Source: Kiritimatiellia bacterium (GTDB lineage: Bacteria; Verrucomicrobiota; Kiritimatiellia; RFP12; JBMNHG01). Taken from it: DNA of 64,000 nt. The translations under genes were made by a program, and so were the position numbers. Where the stretch lies: NCBI GenBank assembly GCA_050950285.1, contig JBMNHG010000006.1, positions 355,167-419,166 on the forward strand, written 5' to 3'. Each line of letters starts with the position of its first letter. Positions within the stretch are counted from its first letter, which is position 1. Of this stretch, positions 55,744 through 64,000 are shown in pieces. The notes under the pieces were generated by a model. It saw only the letters and a program-made list of their open reading frames with translations. It made no database searches and was not told the origin of the DNA.

Positions 55744-57834
55744 ATGAAGACCCTCACGCTCAAGACCACCTCCCTGGACCTCGCCTTCTCCGCGGAAAAC
55801 GGCGCCCTCGTCGGCCTCGCCGCCCCCGCCACCGGCTGGACCATCCACCGGCGACCCGAACTCGGCCTCTCCTGGCGCCTGCTCGTGCCCATCCACGACT
55901 CGCTCCGGAACAACCCCGTCTTCGGCGAAAAACAGCCCGTCTCCTCCTGCGAATCCGGCCCCGGCTTCGTCCGCTTCGCCTGGGATGGCGTCGTCTCCGA
56001 ACGCGCCGGACAACTGCCCATCCGCGTGACGGTCGAGGTCAGGGCCGAAGGCGCCCAGGCGGTCTGGTACACGCGCATCGAAAACCGCTCCGGCTACACC
56101 GTCGAAAGCGTCTACAGCCCCTACATCGGCGACCTCTCGCACCCCGCCGACGCAAAACCCTTCCGCGCCTTCCTGATGAACTACTGCGCCGCCCAGGAAT
56201 CCTGCCTTTGGCCGCGCTTCGAAGGGAACCAGGGCGACCACGGCGTCGACTACCCCACCATCGTCCACGGCGGCAACACGCCCTCCACCCCCTTCTACCT
56301 GCTGCGCACCGACGACCAGGGCCTCTACGTGGGCGTGAAAGCCCACACCGGCGAATCGGTCGCCTACATCTCCGAACTCCGCCCCGGCTTCGATTCCGCC
56401 ATCCACGCGCGCGTCCCCGCGAAGGACGAAATCGCCGGGAAACCCGTGCACACCCTCTTCGCCGCCGTCCACTCGTGCTACCTCCAGCCCGGCGACAGCG
56501 AAGACCTCACCCCCATCGCCCTCGAAGCCTACCAGGGCGGATGGCAGGACGGCCTCGACATCTACCGCGCCTGGCGCGACACCTGGTCTTCCGACGCCAC
56601 GCCGCCCGACTGGGCGCGCGAACCGCATTCCTGGCTCCAGCTGCACATCAACTCCCCCGAGGACGAACTGCGCCTGCGCTTCACGGAGCTTCCGAAGGTC
56701 GCCGAAGAATGCGTGCGGTACGGCGTGAAAGCCATCCAGCTCGTCGGCTGGAACGACGGCGGACAGGATCAAGGCAACCCCTCCCACTCGCCCGATCCGC
56801 GCCTCGGCACCCACGACGAGCTGAAACAGGCCATCGCCGAATGCCAGGCCATGGGCGTAAAGATCATCCTCTTCAGCAAGTTCACATGGGCCGACCGCGC
56901 CGAACCGTGGTTCCGCGAGGAACTCCACCAATACGCCGTGACCGATCCCTACGGCGACACCTCCTGGTTCGGAGGCTACCGCTACTTCACCCCCGCCCAG
57001 CTGCTCGACCAGAACACCAAGCGCTTCTCGACCATGTGCTTCGGCAGCGCGGAATACCGCGAGATCTGCAAGCGCGAATTCCGGAAGGTCGCCGGACTCG
57101 GCTGCGCCGGATTCCTCTACGACGAATGCCAGCACCACGGCTTTACCATGCTCTGCTTCAACCGCGCCCACGGCCACAAGTACGGCTGGCCCGTCTACCA
57201 GAACGACAACCTGCTGGTGCGCATGTTCCGCGACGAGACCCCGGGCCTGCGCAAGGACTTCCTCCTCGCCGGCGAGGCCTGCCACGACTGGGAATTCGGC
57301 GACTACCACCTCGCCTATTTCCGCTCGCGCGATCCGTACCACAAGCCCGTGCAGCGCTACCTGCGCCCCCATGCGCAGATCATGACCGCCATCTCCGGCT
57401 TCGACGATCGCGACATGGTGGTCCAGTGCCTCCTCTACCGCTACATCATCAGCTACGAGCCCTACAACTTCCACGGCTGGCTCCACGACTTCCCCGACAC
57501 CGTCGCCTTCGGCCGCAAGATGGACGCCTTCCGCACCGGACTCCGCCGCTGGCTGTGGGACGGCGAATTCCGCGACACCTGCGGCGCCAGGGTCGCCGAC
57601 GCCGGCGGCGCGCCCCACCATCCCTTCTCCCACTTCGTGGCGAAGGACGAGACCCACGCCCTCGTCATCGGCAACTACACGGACAACCCCGTCTCCGTGC
57701 GCGCCTCCCTCGACAACGGCGCGCCCCTCGCCCGCTATCGCGCCATCGAAGACGACGGCTGGACGCCCATCCCCGCCGACGGGCTCCTCCCCGTCCCCCC
57801 CCACACCGCCATCGTCGTCCTCCAGCCCGAGTAA
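55744..57834 (+). CDS. DUF6259-like putative glycoside hydrolase
   Basis: GGWQDG.DIYRAW, QLVGW..GG.D.G.P...PDPRLGT.DELK.AI, GFLYDE. Confidence 0.65.
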   Translation: MKTLTLKTTSLDLAFSAENGALVGLAAPATGWTIHRRPELGLSWRLLVPIHDSLRNNPVFGEKQPVSSCESGPGFVRFAWDGVVSERAGQLPIRVTVEVRAEGAQAVWYTRIENRSGYTVESVYSPYIGDLSHPADAKPFRAFLMNYCAAQESCLWPRFEGNQGDHGVDYPTIVHGGNTPSTPFYLLRTDDQGLYVGVKAHTGESVAYISELRPGFDSAIHARVPAKDEIAGKPVHTLFAAVHSCYLQPGDSEDLTPIALEAYQGGWQDGLDIYRAWRDTWSSDATPPDWAREPHSWLQLHINSPEDELRLRFTELPKVAEECVRYGVKAIQLVGWNDGGQDQGNPSHSPDPRLGTHDELKQAIAECQAMGVKIILFSKFTWADRAEPWFREELHQYAVTDPYGDTSWFGGYRYFTPAQLLDQNTKRFSTMCFGSAEYREICKREFRKVAGLGCAGFLYDECQHHGFTMLCFNRAHGHKYGWPVYQNDNLLVRMFRDETPGLRKDFLLAGEACHDWEFGDYHLAYFRSRDPYHKPVQRYLRPHAQIMTAISGFDDRDMVVQCLLYRYIISYEPYNFHGWLHDFPDTVAFGRKMDAFRTGLRRWLWDGEFRDTCGARVADAGGAPHHPFSHFVAKDETHALVIGNYTDNPVSVRASLDNGAPLARYRAIEDDGWTPIPADGLLPVPPHTAIVVLQPE

Positions 57835-57843
57835 GGGAAAAGC

Positions 57844-59550
57844 CTACGGCGACTCGTCGGCAAGCCAGGCGATGGTTTGGCCGAGGAGTTCGTCCTTCCA
57901 CTCCGCCCCGTAGTAGCTGTGGCCCGCGTGGGGGATGAGGTGGCGGTCGGCGGGGATGCGGTGTTTCCGGCAGAAGGCGGCATAGGCTTTCGAAGAGCCG
58001 GGCGCGTCGGGATCGGAACCGCCGTAGACGAAGAAGAGGCGTCCGCCAAAGCGGCGGAAGCGCCGGAGCGTCGCGTCCTCGCGGCGCGCCTCTTCCGGCG
58101 AGCGGGTCTCGTGCGCGGCGAGCGCCTTGCCGACCATCCCGGCCTTGACTTGGCGACGGAGGATCTTCTTCCAGGTTTCGGGCCGGCCGAGCTTCCGCAG
58201 GTAGGCGCGCAGCGCGGCGAGCGTCTTGCGCCATCCCGTCGATCCCGAGCGCAGGCTGCCCATGGATTCCGCCGACCAAAGGACGAGGCGGGGAAGCGAC
58301 GGCTCGTCCGCGGCGAGCGAGATGGCCACCTTGCATCCCGAGCACAGGGCAATCACGGAAACCGGGACGGAGCCGGTGCGCTCCCGCAGGAAGCGGAGCG
58401 CGGCGCGGGCTTCTGCCGTCATCCGTTCGATGGAGGCTTCGGAAGCCAGGCCGTCGCTGGAGCCGCGTCCCCCGAAATCGATGCGGAGGCAGGCGAAACG
58501 GCGCGCCGCGAGTCGCTTCGCTGCGGCGGTGAAGAGCGCATGCGGACCCGTCTTGTCGCCGGACCAGCCGTGCAGCATCAGCACCGCGCCAGAAAACGGC
58601 GCGCCGTTTTTTCCGGCTTCGGGACGGTGCAGGATCCCGCGCACCGTCCCGTCGGGGCCTTCGACGGCGACGTGTTCCCACAACGTTCCGTCCGCGTCCG
58701 CCGCAACCGTTCCGGCGGGCGGGACGGCCGGGGTGAAGCCGGCGGGCGCGGCGGCGGCGCCGAGCCATTCGCGCACCCAGGACAGGGAGGCGTCGAACAC
58801 GGCGGAGGCATCCACCTGGCCAACGGTGTTCCAGAAGGGAGGGGTGCGGAGGAAGACCTCTTCGAGGCGGGGGCAGGCTCCGCGGCAGGCGGCGGCGGCG
58901 CGGGCGTCCGAAGAGAGGCGGAGAAGCAGTCCGGGGCGGGTCGAGGCGGACGGCACGAGGGCGCGGAGGCCGTTGGCGAGAGACGCGGGGAAGCGGTATC
59001 CATCGAGATCGACGGCTTCGCCCCGTTGCCAGGCCGCTTCGAGTTCGTCCCGGCCGGCGCGGGATTTCCCGTAGGCGATCATGGCATTCACCATGGCGCG
59101 CTGAAGGGTCTGGCGGAGAAAGGCGGCTCCGTCGACCGGCTCCCAGAGCAGGAAGGCGTCCGGAGCAACGGCGTCGTCGGCGCGGGCGGCGGCGGACAGG
59201 GCGAGCACGGCGCCGCCGCGGGCGCCGGACCAGAGCCGGGGAAGACCGGGGAACGCGTCCGCAAGGAGGCGCGCCGCACGGAGGAGGTCGTCCTCCCAGG
59301 CGGCGGTTCCGCCTTCGCCGAAGACTCCCGGCGAGTCGCCGCACCCGGCGTAGTCGAAACGAAGGACGGCCACGCCAAGGCCGGCGAGACGGCGGGCCAG
59401 GTCCACCATGGGCTTGAGGCAGCCTTTCCGCTCCTCGGCGAAGGCGTTGCAGAGCAGGGCCACGGCCCTCGGGCGCCCGGGAAGGTGCCAGAAGGCGCAG
59501 AGAGGGGAGGCGCCGGAGGAGATCCAAAAACCCCGTTCGTCAGCTTTCAT
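57844..59550 (-). CDS. tandem alpha/beta hydrolase (fusion of exosortase-associated hydrolase 2-like and hydrolase 1-like domains)
   Basis: Domain 1: AFAEE, LRFDYAGCGDS, WSGARGG, LWEPV.G..FLRQ; domain 2: LRIDFGGRGSSDG, ALCSG, AGHSY. Confidence 0.72.
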   Translation of the reverse strand: MKADERGFWISSGASPLCAFWHLPGRPRAVALLCNAFAEERKGCLKPMVDLARRLAGLGVAVLRFDYAGCGDSPGVFGEGGTAAWEDDLLRAARLLADAFPGLPRLWSGARGGAVLALSAAARADDAVAPDAFLLWEPVDGAAFLRQTLQRAMVNAMIAYGKSRAGRDELEAAWQRGEAVDLDGYRFPASLANGLRALVPSASTRPGLLLRLSSDARAAAACRGACPRLEEVFLRTPPFWNTVGQVDASAVFDASLSWVREWLGAAAAPAGFTPAVPPAGTVAADADGTLWEHVAVEGPDGTVRGILHRPEAGKNGAPFSGAVLMLHGWSGDKTGPHALFTAAAKRLAARRFACLRIDFGGRGSSDGLASEASIERMTAEARAALRFLRERTGSVPVSVIALCSGCKVAISLAADEPSLPRLVLWSAESMGSLRSGSTGWRKTLAALRAYLRKLGRPETWKKILRRQVKAGMVGKALAAHETRSPEEARREDATLRRFRRFGGRLFFVYGGSDPDAPGSSKAYAAFCRKHRIPADRHLIPHAGHSYYGAEWKDELLGQTIAWLADESP

Positions 59551-60301
59551 CGTCGAGGATCCGTTGGAGGAGCGCGGCGGCGGCGGCGGTCTCGGCGGCG
59601 CGCTTGGTGGGGCCCGTCCCCGTGGCGGGAGGGAAGTCGTCCAGGCCATCGACGCAAACCTCGGCCTCGAAAACGGGGGCGTGGAGGGATCCGCCGACGG
59701 GCCGGACGGAATAGGAGACGGCGCGTTTGAAGCGGGACTGGACAACGGCCTGGAGGTGGCCCTTGGGATTGTCGGCCCAGATGCCGTCGCCACAGGTGCG
59801 TTCGCCATGGGCTTGTTCGAGATGCGACGCGAAAAGGGTGCGGAAGACCGTTTCGGCGGCGCGAAGCCCGCCATCCTCCCAGGCGGCGCCGAAGACGGCT
59901 TCCAGGGCATCTTCCAGGTTGCTCTGGCGAGTACGCCCGCCGGAGAGGCTTTCGCCGCGCCCCAGGCGGAGGTGGCGATCGAGGCCGATGGATACGGCGA
60001 CGGCGGCGAGGGTCTTTCCGCTGGTCACCTGCGACCGCATGACGGTAAGGCGGCCTTCGTCCACTTCGTCGCATTCGCGGTAGAGGTGGGAGGCGGCGAG
60101 GATTCCCAGCACGGCGTCGCCAAGGAATTCCAGGCGCTGGTTGTCCGTCGCGACCTCGGGATGCTCGAAGCGGTAGGAGGGATGGATGAGGGCGTTTTCG
60201 AGGCGGGTGCGGTCGCGGAACCGATAGCCGAGGGCGCGTTCGAGGCCATCGAGTTCGCCGGGCCGGGAGAAGATCCGCGTCAGGGGTCGTCCGAGCTTCA
60301 C
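59540..60301 (-). CDS. rnc: ribonuclease III
   Basis: NQRLEFLGDAVL, DALEAVFGA, dsRBD NPKGHLQ...G.TKRAAE.AAA; GTG start. Confidence 0.96.
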   Translation of the reverse strand: MKLGRPLTRIFSRPGELDGLERALGYRFRDRTRLENALIHPSYRFEHPEVATDNQRLEFLGDAVLGILAASHLYRECDEVDEGRLTVMRSQVTSGKTLAAVAVSIGLDRHLRLGRGESLSGGRTRQSNLEDALEAVFGAAWEDGGLRAAETVFRTLFASHLEQAHGERTCGDGIWADNPKGHLQAVVQSRFKRAVSYSVRPVGGSLHAPVFEAEVCVDGLDDFPPATGTGPTKRAAETAAAAALLQRILDDES

Positions 60302-60319
60302 GGAAAGCGCCTTCGGGCC

Positions 60320-61561
60320 TCATTCAAAGGCGAAGGAGGTGTTGCACTCTTCGCCGGGATTTCTCACGCAGAACCCGAGAAGGACGTAGTAGGGGCCTTT
60401 GGACGGGAGGGGGATCTTTTTCGTCTCCTTCCCTTGGAGCCAGTTGATGGCGCAGAAATTATCGTCCGCATTGTAGGCGATGCGGAGGGTGGCGGTACGC
60501 GACATGAGGGGGATGTTGATGGCGTCGAGCACCTTGGAATCCGCGTCCAGGATGGCGAAGCGGGCATGGGGGCCGGCATCCTTGCCGGTGGAAAGCTCGA
60601 GGGATTCCATCGCGATGGTGGCGCGGAGCTGGGCGGGGTCTCTCACGCTCCACAGGAAGGCCTTGCCCATCCACGAGCGCTCGAACATGTCCACCACGGC
60701 GCGCTCGAACCGGCAGCGCCCCTGGATGGTCCCCTTCCAGCGGCGGCGGTCATAGTCGCCAGTCAATTCGTCGGGAATGTCCGGATGGCCGATCAGCATC
60801 CCTTCCTGGGCGAAATTCTTCACGCCTTCGAACCGCCAATAGGTCCACGGATCCGTCCGTCCGTACACCATGGGCTTGGCAACGGCGGCTTCTTCCCCGG
60901 AAGTTCCGGAAGCCGGTTCCGCGGTTTCGGGGGTGGCGGGAGGCTGCTCGGTGGCGAAGGTTTCGGCCAGCGCAACCAGTTTGCCGTCGTCCATCGCCTT
61001 CTGGATGCGGTCGGCCTCCCTTTTCACGGCCATGGCATCCGCGATGCGGTTCTTCTTGGTGAGGTCGGTCGTAAGGACGCGAAGGGCCGCCACATATCGG
61101 ACGGAGCAATCGACCACGCGCTTCTCCCGCTCGGCATTGGCCTCCTGGAAACTCTTGAGGTAGGCGTCCTGCCGCACACGGAGTTGCGCGGGCTTTTTCA
61201 CGAGGGCGGAGGAGGGCATCTCGGGCGTCAGCTCAAAGGGGTCGCGCTCGCCGGCCATGGCGGCTTCGAAGCGCTTGTACTCCCTGTCCGCAGCCAGGAA
61301 ACCTTCGAGATCGCCTCCCGCGCGGAGTTGCTCCGCGAGGGACTGGATTTCCTTGGCATACAACAGGGGGAGTTTCGTGGTCTTCTCGTTGTAGTCGGCC
61401 ACGATCTGCCGCATGAAGCTCCGGTAGTTCGCGGCGGGAGCGACAAGCTCGGCCGGAAGCGCTTCCTGCGCAAGGAGGCCCGACGAGACGCACAGGACGG
61501 CCGACAGGCACAGGGCAAGACGATATCGACTGGAAAACACCATCGGGGACAACACCATCAT
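60320..61561 (-). CDS. secreted hypothetical protein (N-terminal helical module, C-terminal beta domain)
   Basis: Signal peptide ...GLLA|QE; repeated helical motif GGDLEGFLAADRE / KNRIADAMAVKRE; start uncertain (61561-61543). Confidence 0.65.
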   Translation of the reverse strand: MMVLSPMVFSSRYRLALCLSAVLCVSSGLLAQEALPAELVAPAANYRSFMRQIVADYNEKTTKLPLLYAKEIQSLAEQLRAGGDLEGFLAADREYKRFEAAMAGERDPFELTPEMPSSALVKKPAQLRVRQDAYLKSFQEANAEREKRVVDCSVRYVAALRVLTTDLTKKNRIADAMAVKREADRIQKAMDDGKLVALAETFATEQPPATPETAEPASGTSGEEAAVAKPMVYGRTDPWTYWRFEGVKNFAQEGMLIGHPDIPDELTGDYDRRRWKGTIQGRCRFERAVVDMFERSWMGKAFLWSVRDPAQLRATIAMESLELSTGKDAGPHARFAILDADSKVLDAINIPLMSRTATLRIAYNADDNFCAINWLQGKETKKIPLPSKGPYYVLLGFCVRNPGEECNTSFAFE

Positions 61562-61588
61562 GAAAGACTCCAACGAACGCGCCGACGA

Positions 61589-61676
61589 TGGTGCCAGGGG
61601 GGGGACTCGAACCCCCACGTCTTTTCAAGGACAACAGATTTTGAGTCTGCCGCGGCTGCCATTACGCCACCCTGGC
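61589..61676 (-). tRNA. tRNA-Leu (anticodon CAA)
   Basis: GCCAGGG acceptor stem, GCAGA-CTCAAAA-TCTGT anticodon arm, long variable arm, GTTCGAG T-loop, encoded CCA. Confidence 0.96.
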
Positions 61677-61781
61677 CCGTTTTTCGCGTGGTGATGCATC
61701 ATATAACAATGCCTGCAGGCGGCGCAAGTCCAGAAACCCATCGCAAAACCCGTCGCAACGGGACAAGCCGAATCGGGGAAC

Positions 61782-61810
61782 AAAAAAACCGGCCGGGAAC
61801 ACCCGGCCGG
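61782..61810 (-). terminator. Rho-independent terminator of hsp20
   Basis: CCGGCCGGG-tgtt-CCCGGCCGG-TTTTTTT. Confidence 0.85.
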
Positions 61811-61831
61811 CTCTCTGCCCCAGAAGAAGGC

Positions 61832-62248
61832 TTAGGCGACGACGATGGGAATCTTGTGGCGCTGTTCGCCGGAAACCCGGGGAAGAGCCAGCGTCAGGAT
61901 TCCATGGCGCGCCTCGGCCTGGATCGCAGAGGGATCGACCGTAAAGGGCAGCTTGAGGGTGCGGCTGAAGGTCTCGGTCTCCTCCTCGGTACGGCCCAGG
62001 AGGCGACGCTTGCCGGAGAGGGTCAGTTCATCGCCTTCCACGGTCACGTCCAGATCTTCGGGCGCCACGCCCGGAAGTTCCGCATCCAAGGTAAGCCCCT
62101 TGTCGGTTTCACGGATCCAGATGCGCGGAAACGCGCTCAATCCCACCGTCGGACGGACTTCGTTCGAAGAACGGTCCGCGCGATACGGGAAATCAAACAG
62201 GTTCCAGAGCCGTAGAGGGTCCATCGTGAAGTGTGCAAGTTCGTTCAT
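61832..62248 (-). CDS. Hsp20/alpha-crystallin small heat shock protein
   Basis: AELPGV.PEDLDVTVEGDELTLSGKR, FSRTLKLP..VD...I.AE..HGILTLALP. Confidence 0.93.
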   Translation of the reverse strand: MNELAHFTMDPLRLWNLFDFPYRADRSSNEVRPTVGLSAFPRIWIRETDKGLTLDAELPGVAPEDLDVTVEGDELTLSGKRRLLGRTEEETETFSRTLKLPFTVDPSAIQAEARHGILTLALPRVSGEQRHKIPIVVA

Positions 62249-62297
62249 AGTGTTTTCTCCTTTCCATTCGGACGGAATCGCCCAACGCCATTAGGAA

Positions 62298-62314
62298 AGC
62301 ACCTTCCGTGCCAA
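62298..62314 (-). promoter_or_regulatory. sigma54 -24/-12 promoter of hsp20
   Basis: TTGGCACGGAAGGTGCT: TGGCACG plus exact GG-N10-GC spacing. Confidence 0.65.
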
Positions 62315-62518
62315 GTACGAAAAACGAAAAAAAGCTCGCCGAACAAGAGTTGTTATGTCCTTGACGACAACAAGTAAGAACGAAAAAAGAAATTTTGTCA
62401 CAGCAGGCTATTGTGTCTTTTTGTCGCTTATACTGCGACACGCGGGACGCCCGCAGGGCGTCATAATGTCCCGTTTTTTTTGCGGGGCCCCTCGGCTTGG
62501 GAGGGGGTTGCGGGCGTC

Positions 62519-63388
62519 CTAGATGCGGACGAGGGTGCCGACTTCCTCTTTCACGGGGAAGAAGCGGGGGCGCTCCTGGAGGGGGCTGTTGGGGCTGTGG
62601 AGGGTGAGGAGGAGGCGCTGGTCGAAGGTTCGGAAGACCATGCCGTGGCCGCCGTCTTGGGTAAAGAGCGGGGGGAGCTGGCGGAAGTTGCCGTCGATAT
62701 CGTCAGTCGAGCTGACGGCGATGCCTTGGGCGTAGGCGCCGCCATCGGCCATGCTGGCCCAGAGCAGGAGGAGGGTTCCGTCGGCGGTACGCCAGAGGAA
62801 GGGGCCGTCGGTGACGAAGCCGCGGGCGGGATCCCCCTGGAATCCGATGGGGCGGGACCACGGGGCGTCGCTGGCATGAAAGAGGAGGCGCGGGGCGCCG
62901 ATGGAGGTGCGGAGGTCGTCGGCGAGGGGCATGGAGCACATTTCGCCGTCGCCGACCTGGACCCATTCGTGGCAGAAGACGATGTGCGGGCGGCCGTTGC
63001 GGTCTACGTGGAAGGTGCCGTCGAGGCACTCCCATCCGGCGGGGGTCACGGGCCCGTCGGACCAGGGCTGATACGGCCCCATGGGCGACTCGGCGCGGAG
63101 GATGGCGGTGCCGCGGCAGACGCCCTCGCGCTTGAAGCTGGCGAACATGTAGTAGGCGCCGCGCCAGCGGTGGACTTCGGGCGCCCAGTAGTTGTGGGTG
63201 GCCCAGAACGAGCCGTCGTTTTGGAAGCAGGCGTGGGGACCGGACCAGTTCTCGAGGTCGTCGCCCACGTAGACATCGAAGCCGTCCGCCGCACCCCAGC
63301 AGGTGGGGCCGCGGGTGCCGAAGAGGTAGTACCGGCCGTTTTCGGCGAGGACGAAGGGGTCGCGGATGTTGATTTCGGAGTTTTTCAT
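62519..63388 (-). CDS. glycoside hydrolase family 43 protein
   Basis: IRDPFV, WAPEV, CLDGT, CHEW, TDGPF, DGGHGM. Confidence 0.9.
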   Translation of the reverse strand: MKNSEINIRDPFVLAENGRYYLFGTRGPTCWGAADGFDVYVGDDLENWSGPHACFQNDGSFWATHNYWAPEVHRWRGAYYMFASFKREGVCRGTAILRAESPMGPYQPWSDGPVTPAGWECLDGTFHVDRNGRPHIVFCHEWVQVGDGEMCSMPLADDLRTSIGAPRLLFHASDAPWSRPIGFQGDPARGFVTDGPFLWRTADGTLLLLWASMADGGAYAQGIAVSSTDDIDGNFRQLPPLFTQDGGHGMVFRTFDQRLLLTLHSPNSPLQERPRFFPVKEEVGTLVRI

Positions 63389-63395
63389 GGGAGGT

Positions 63396-63893
63396 TCAAT
63401 CGCCGGGGTCGATGGTCAGCCGCACGGAGCGGACGGCCTTCCCGGCCTTGGCGCGGACGCGGGAATCGATGGCCTGGAGGTGGTGGCGCTTCAATTCGGC
63501 GAGACGCACGCTTCCTTTGACGTAGACGTAGAGCGTGCCGTTCGCGAACTTGCCGGGGCGCGACGAGGCGGCGACATCGGCGCCGACCCAGTCGGCCCAG
63601 TGTTCGACGGCATCGGAGAGCCAGGCGGGCCCGCGGGGGGCGAGGCGCTCCATCAGCGAATCGATGAGCGTGGAGAGTTCCGTGGCGGGCCGCCGGTTTT
63701 CCGGGGCGTCGGCGTCCACGGGAAGGCGTGTGGCGACGCGGGCGCTGATCGTGGCCTCGGGCGGCTCGTAGACGAACGTGAAGGGAGGATCGTCCGTTTC
63801 GCCGCGATCAGCGGGACGCCTCCGGGTCCTGGCGTCCTCGCCGTCCCCGGGGGACACGCACGGGAATCCGTCGGCGTCGTCAGGACATTTCAT
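63396..63893 (-). CDS. DUF721/DciA family protein
   Basis: W.DWVG.DVAASSRP.KF.NG.LYVYV.GS..LAEL. Confidence 0.75.
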   Translation of the reverse strand: MKCPDDADGFPCVSPGDGEDARTRRRPADRGETDDPPFTFVYEPPEATISARVATRLPVDADAPENRRPATELSTLIDSLMERLAPRGPAWLSDAVEHWADWVGADVAASSRPGKFANGTLYVYVKGSVRLAELKRHHLQAIDSRVRAKAGKAVRSVRLTIDPGD

Positions 63894-64000
63894 TGGAAGT
63901 CGAGTTCGGGGAAGAGGCGGATGGCGTCCTCGCGGTAGTTCGGGTTGATCTTCAGGATGTCGTCGATGAGACCCTGGGCCATCTGCTTCGCGCCTTCGGG
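63890..64000 (-). CDS. 3' end of a gene running off the window
   Basis: ...PEGAKQMAQGLIDDILKINPNYREDAIRLFPELDFQ*, stop overlaps the DciA-like ATG (ATGA). Confidence 0.65.
   Translation of the reverse strand, partial: PEGAKQMAQGLIDDILKINPNYREDAIRLFPELDFQ

Noticed and set aside
61589..61676. tRNA-Leu as an integration site for a prophage/ICE
   Set aside because: No integrase seen, no duplicated tRNA 3' end noticed, and rnc follows within 1.3 kb
62250..62450. CIRCE element upstream of hsp20
   Set aside because: No TTAGCACTC-N9-GAGTGCTAA dyad; TTGGCAC fits sigma54 spacing instead

Overview
High-GC bacterial chromosome segment. The gene content (H-X9-DG prepilin-like protein, RHS with RTVPG insert, giant TPR/Ig-like proteins, many uncharacterised glycoside hydrolases) suggests the PVC superphylum, probably Kiritimatiellota/Lentisphaerota; this is inference. 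The housekeeping backbone includes an EF-G paralogue, fhs, gmhA, lipB, lepB, gmk, rpoD, rnc, tRNA-Leu(CAA), hsp20, comF, a DciA-like gene and a partial type II secretion operon (gspF-G-H-I-J-K). Accessory elements: (i) a two-cassette orphan RHS toxin/immunity array with repeat elements at its junctions (9.7-13.3 kb); (ii) a frameshifted secreted protein with 16 Cys-rich 26-aa LRR-like repeats, next to the T2SS operon; (iii) two homologous secreted TPR/Ig-like proteins (2674 aa and 756 aa) separated by an ~8 kb carbohydrate island; (iv) within that island, an IS1595-derived MITE, a XylR-like regulator and three copies of a 39-bp motif at fixed spacing from extended -10 boxes, a candidate novel operator. 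All product calls come from motif recognition by eye; no database search was run.
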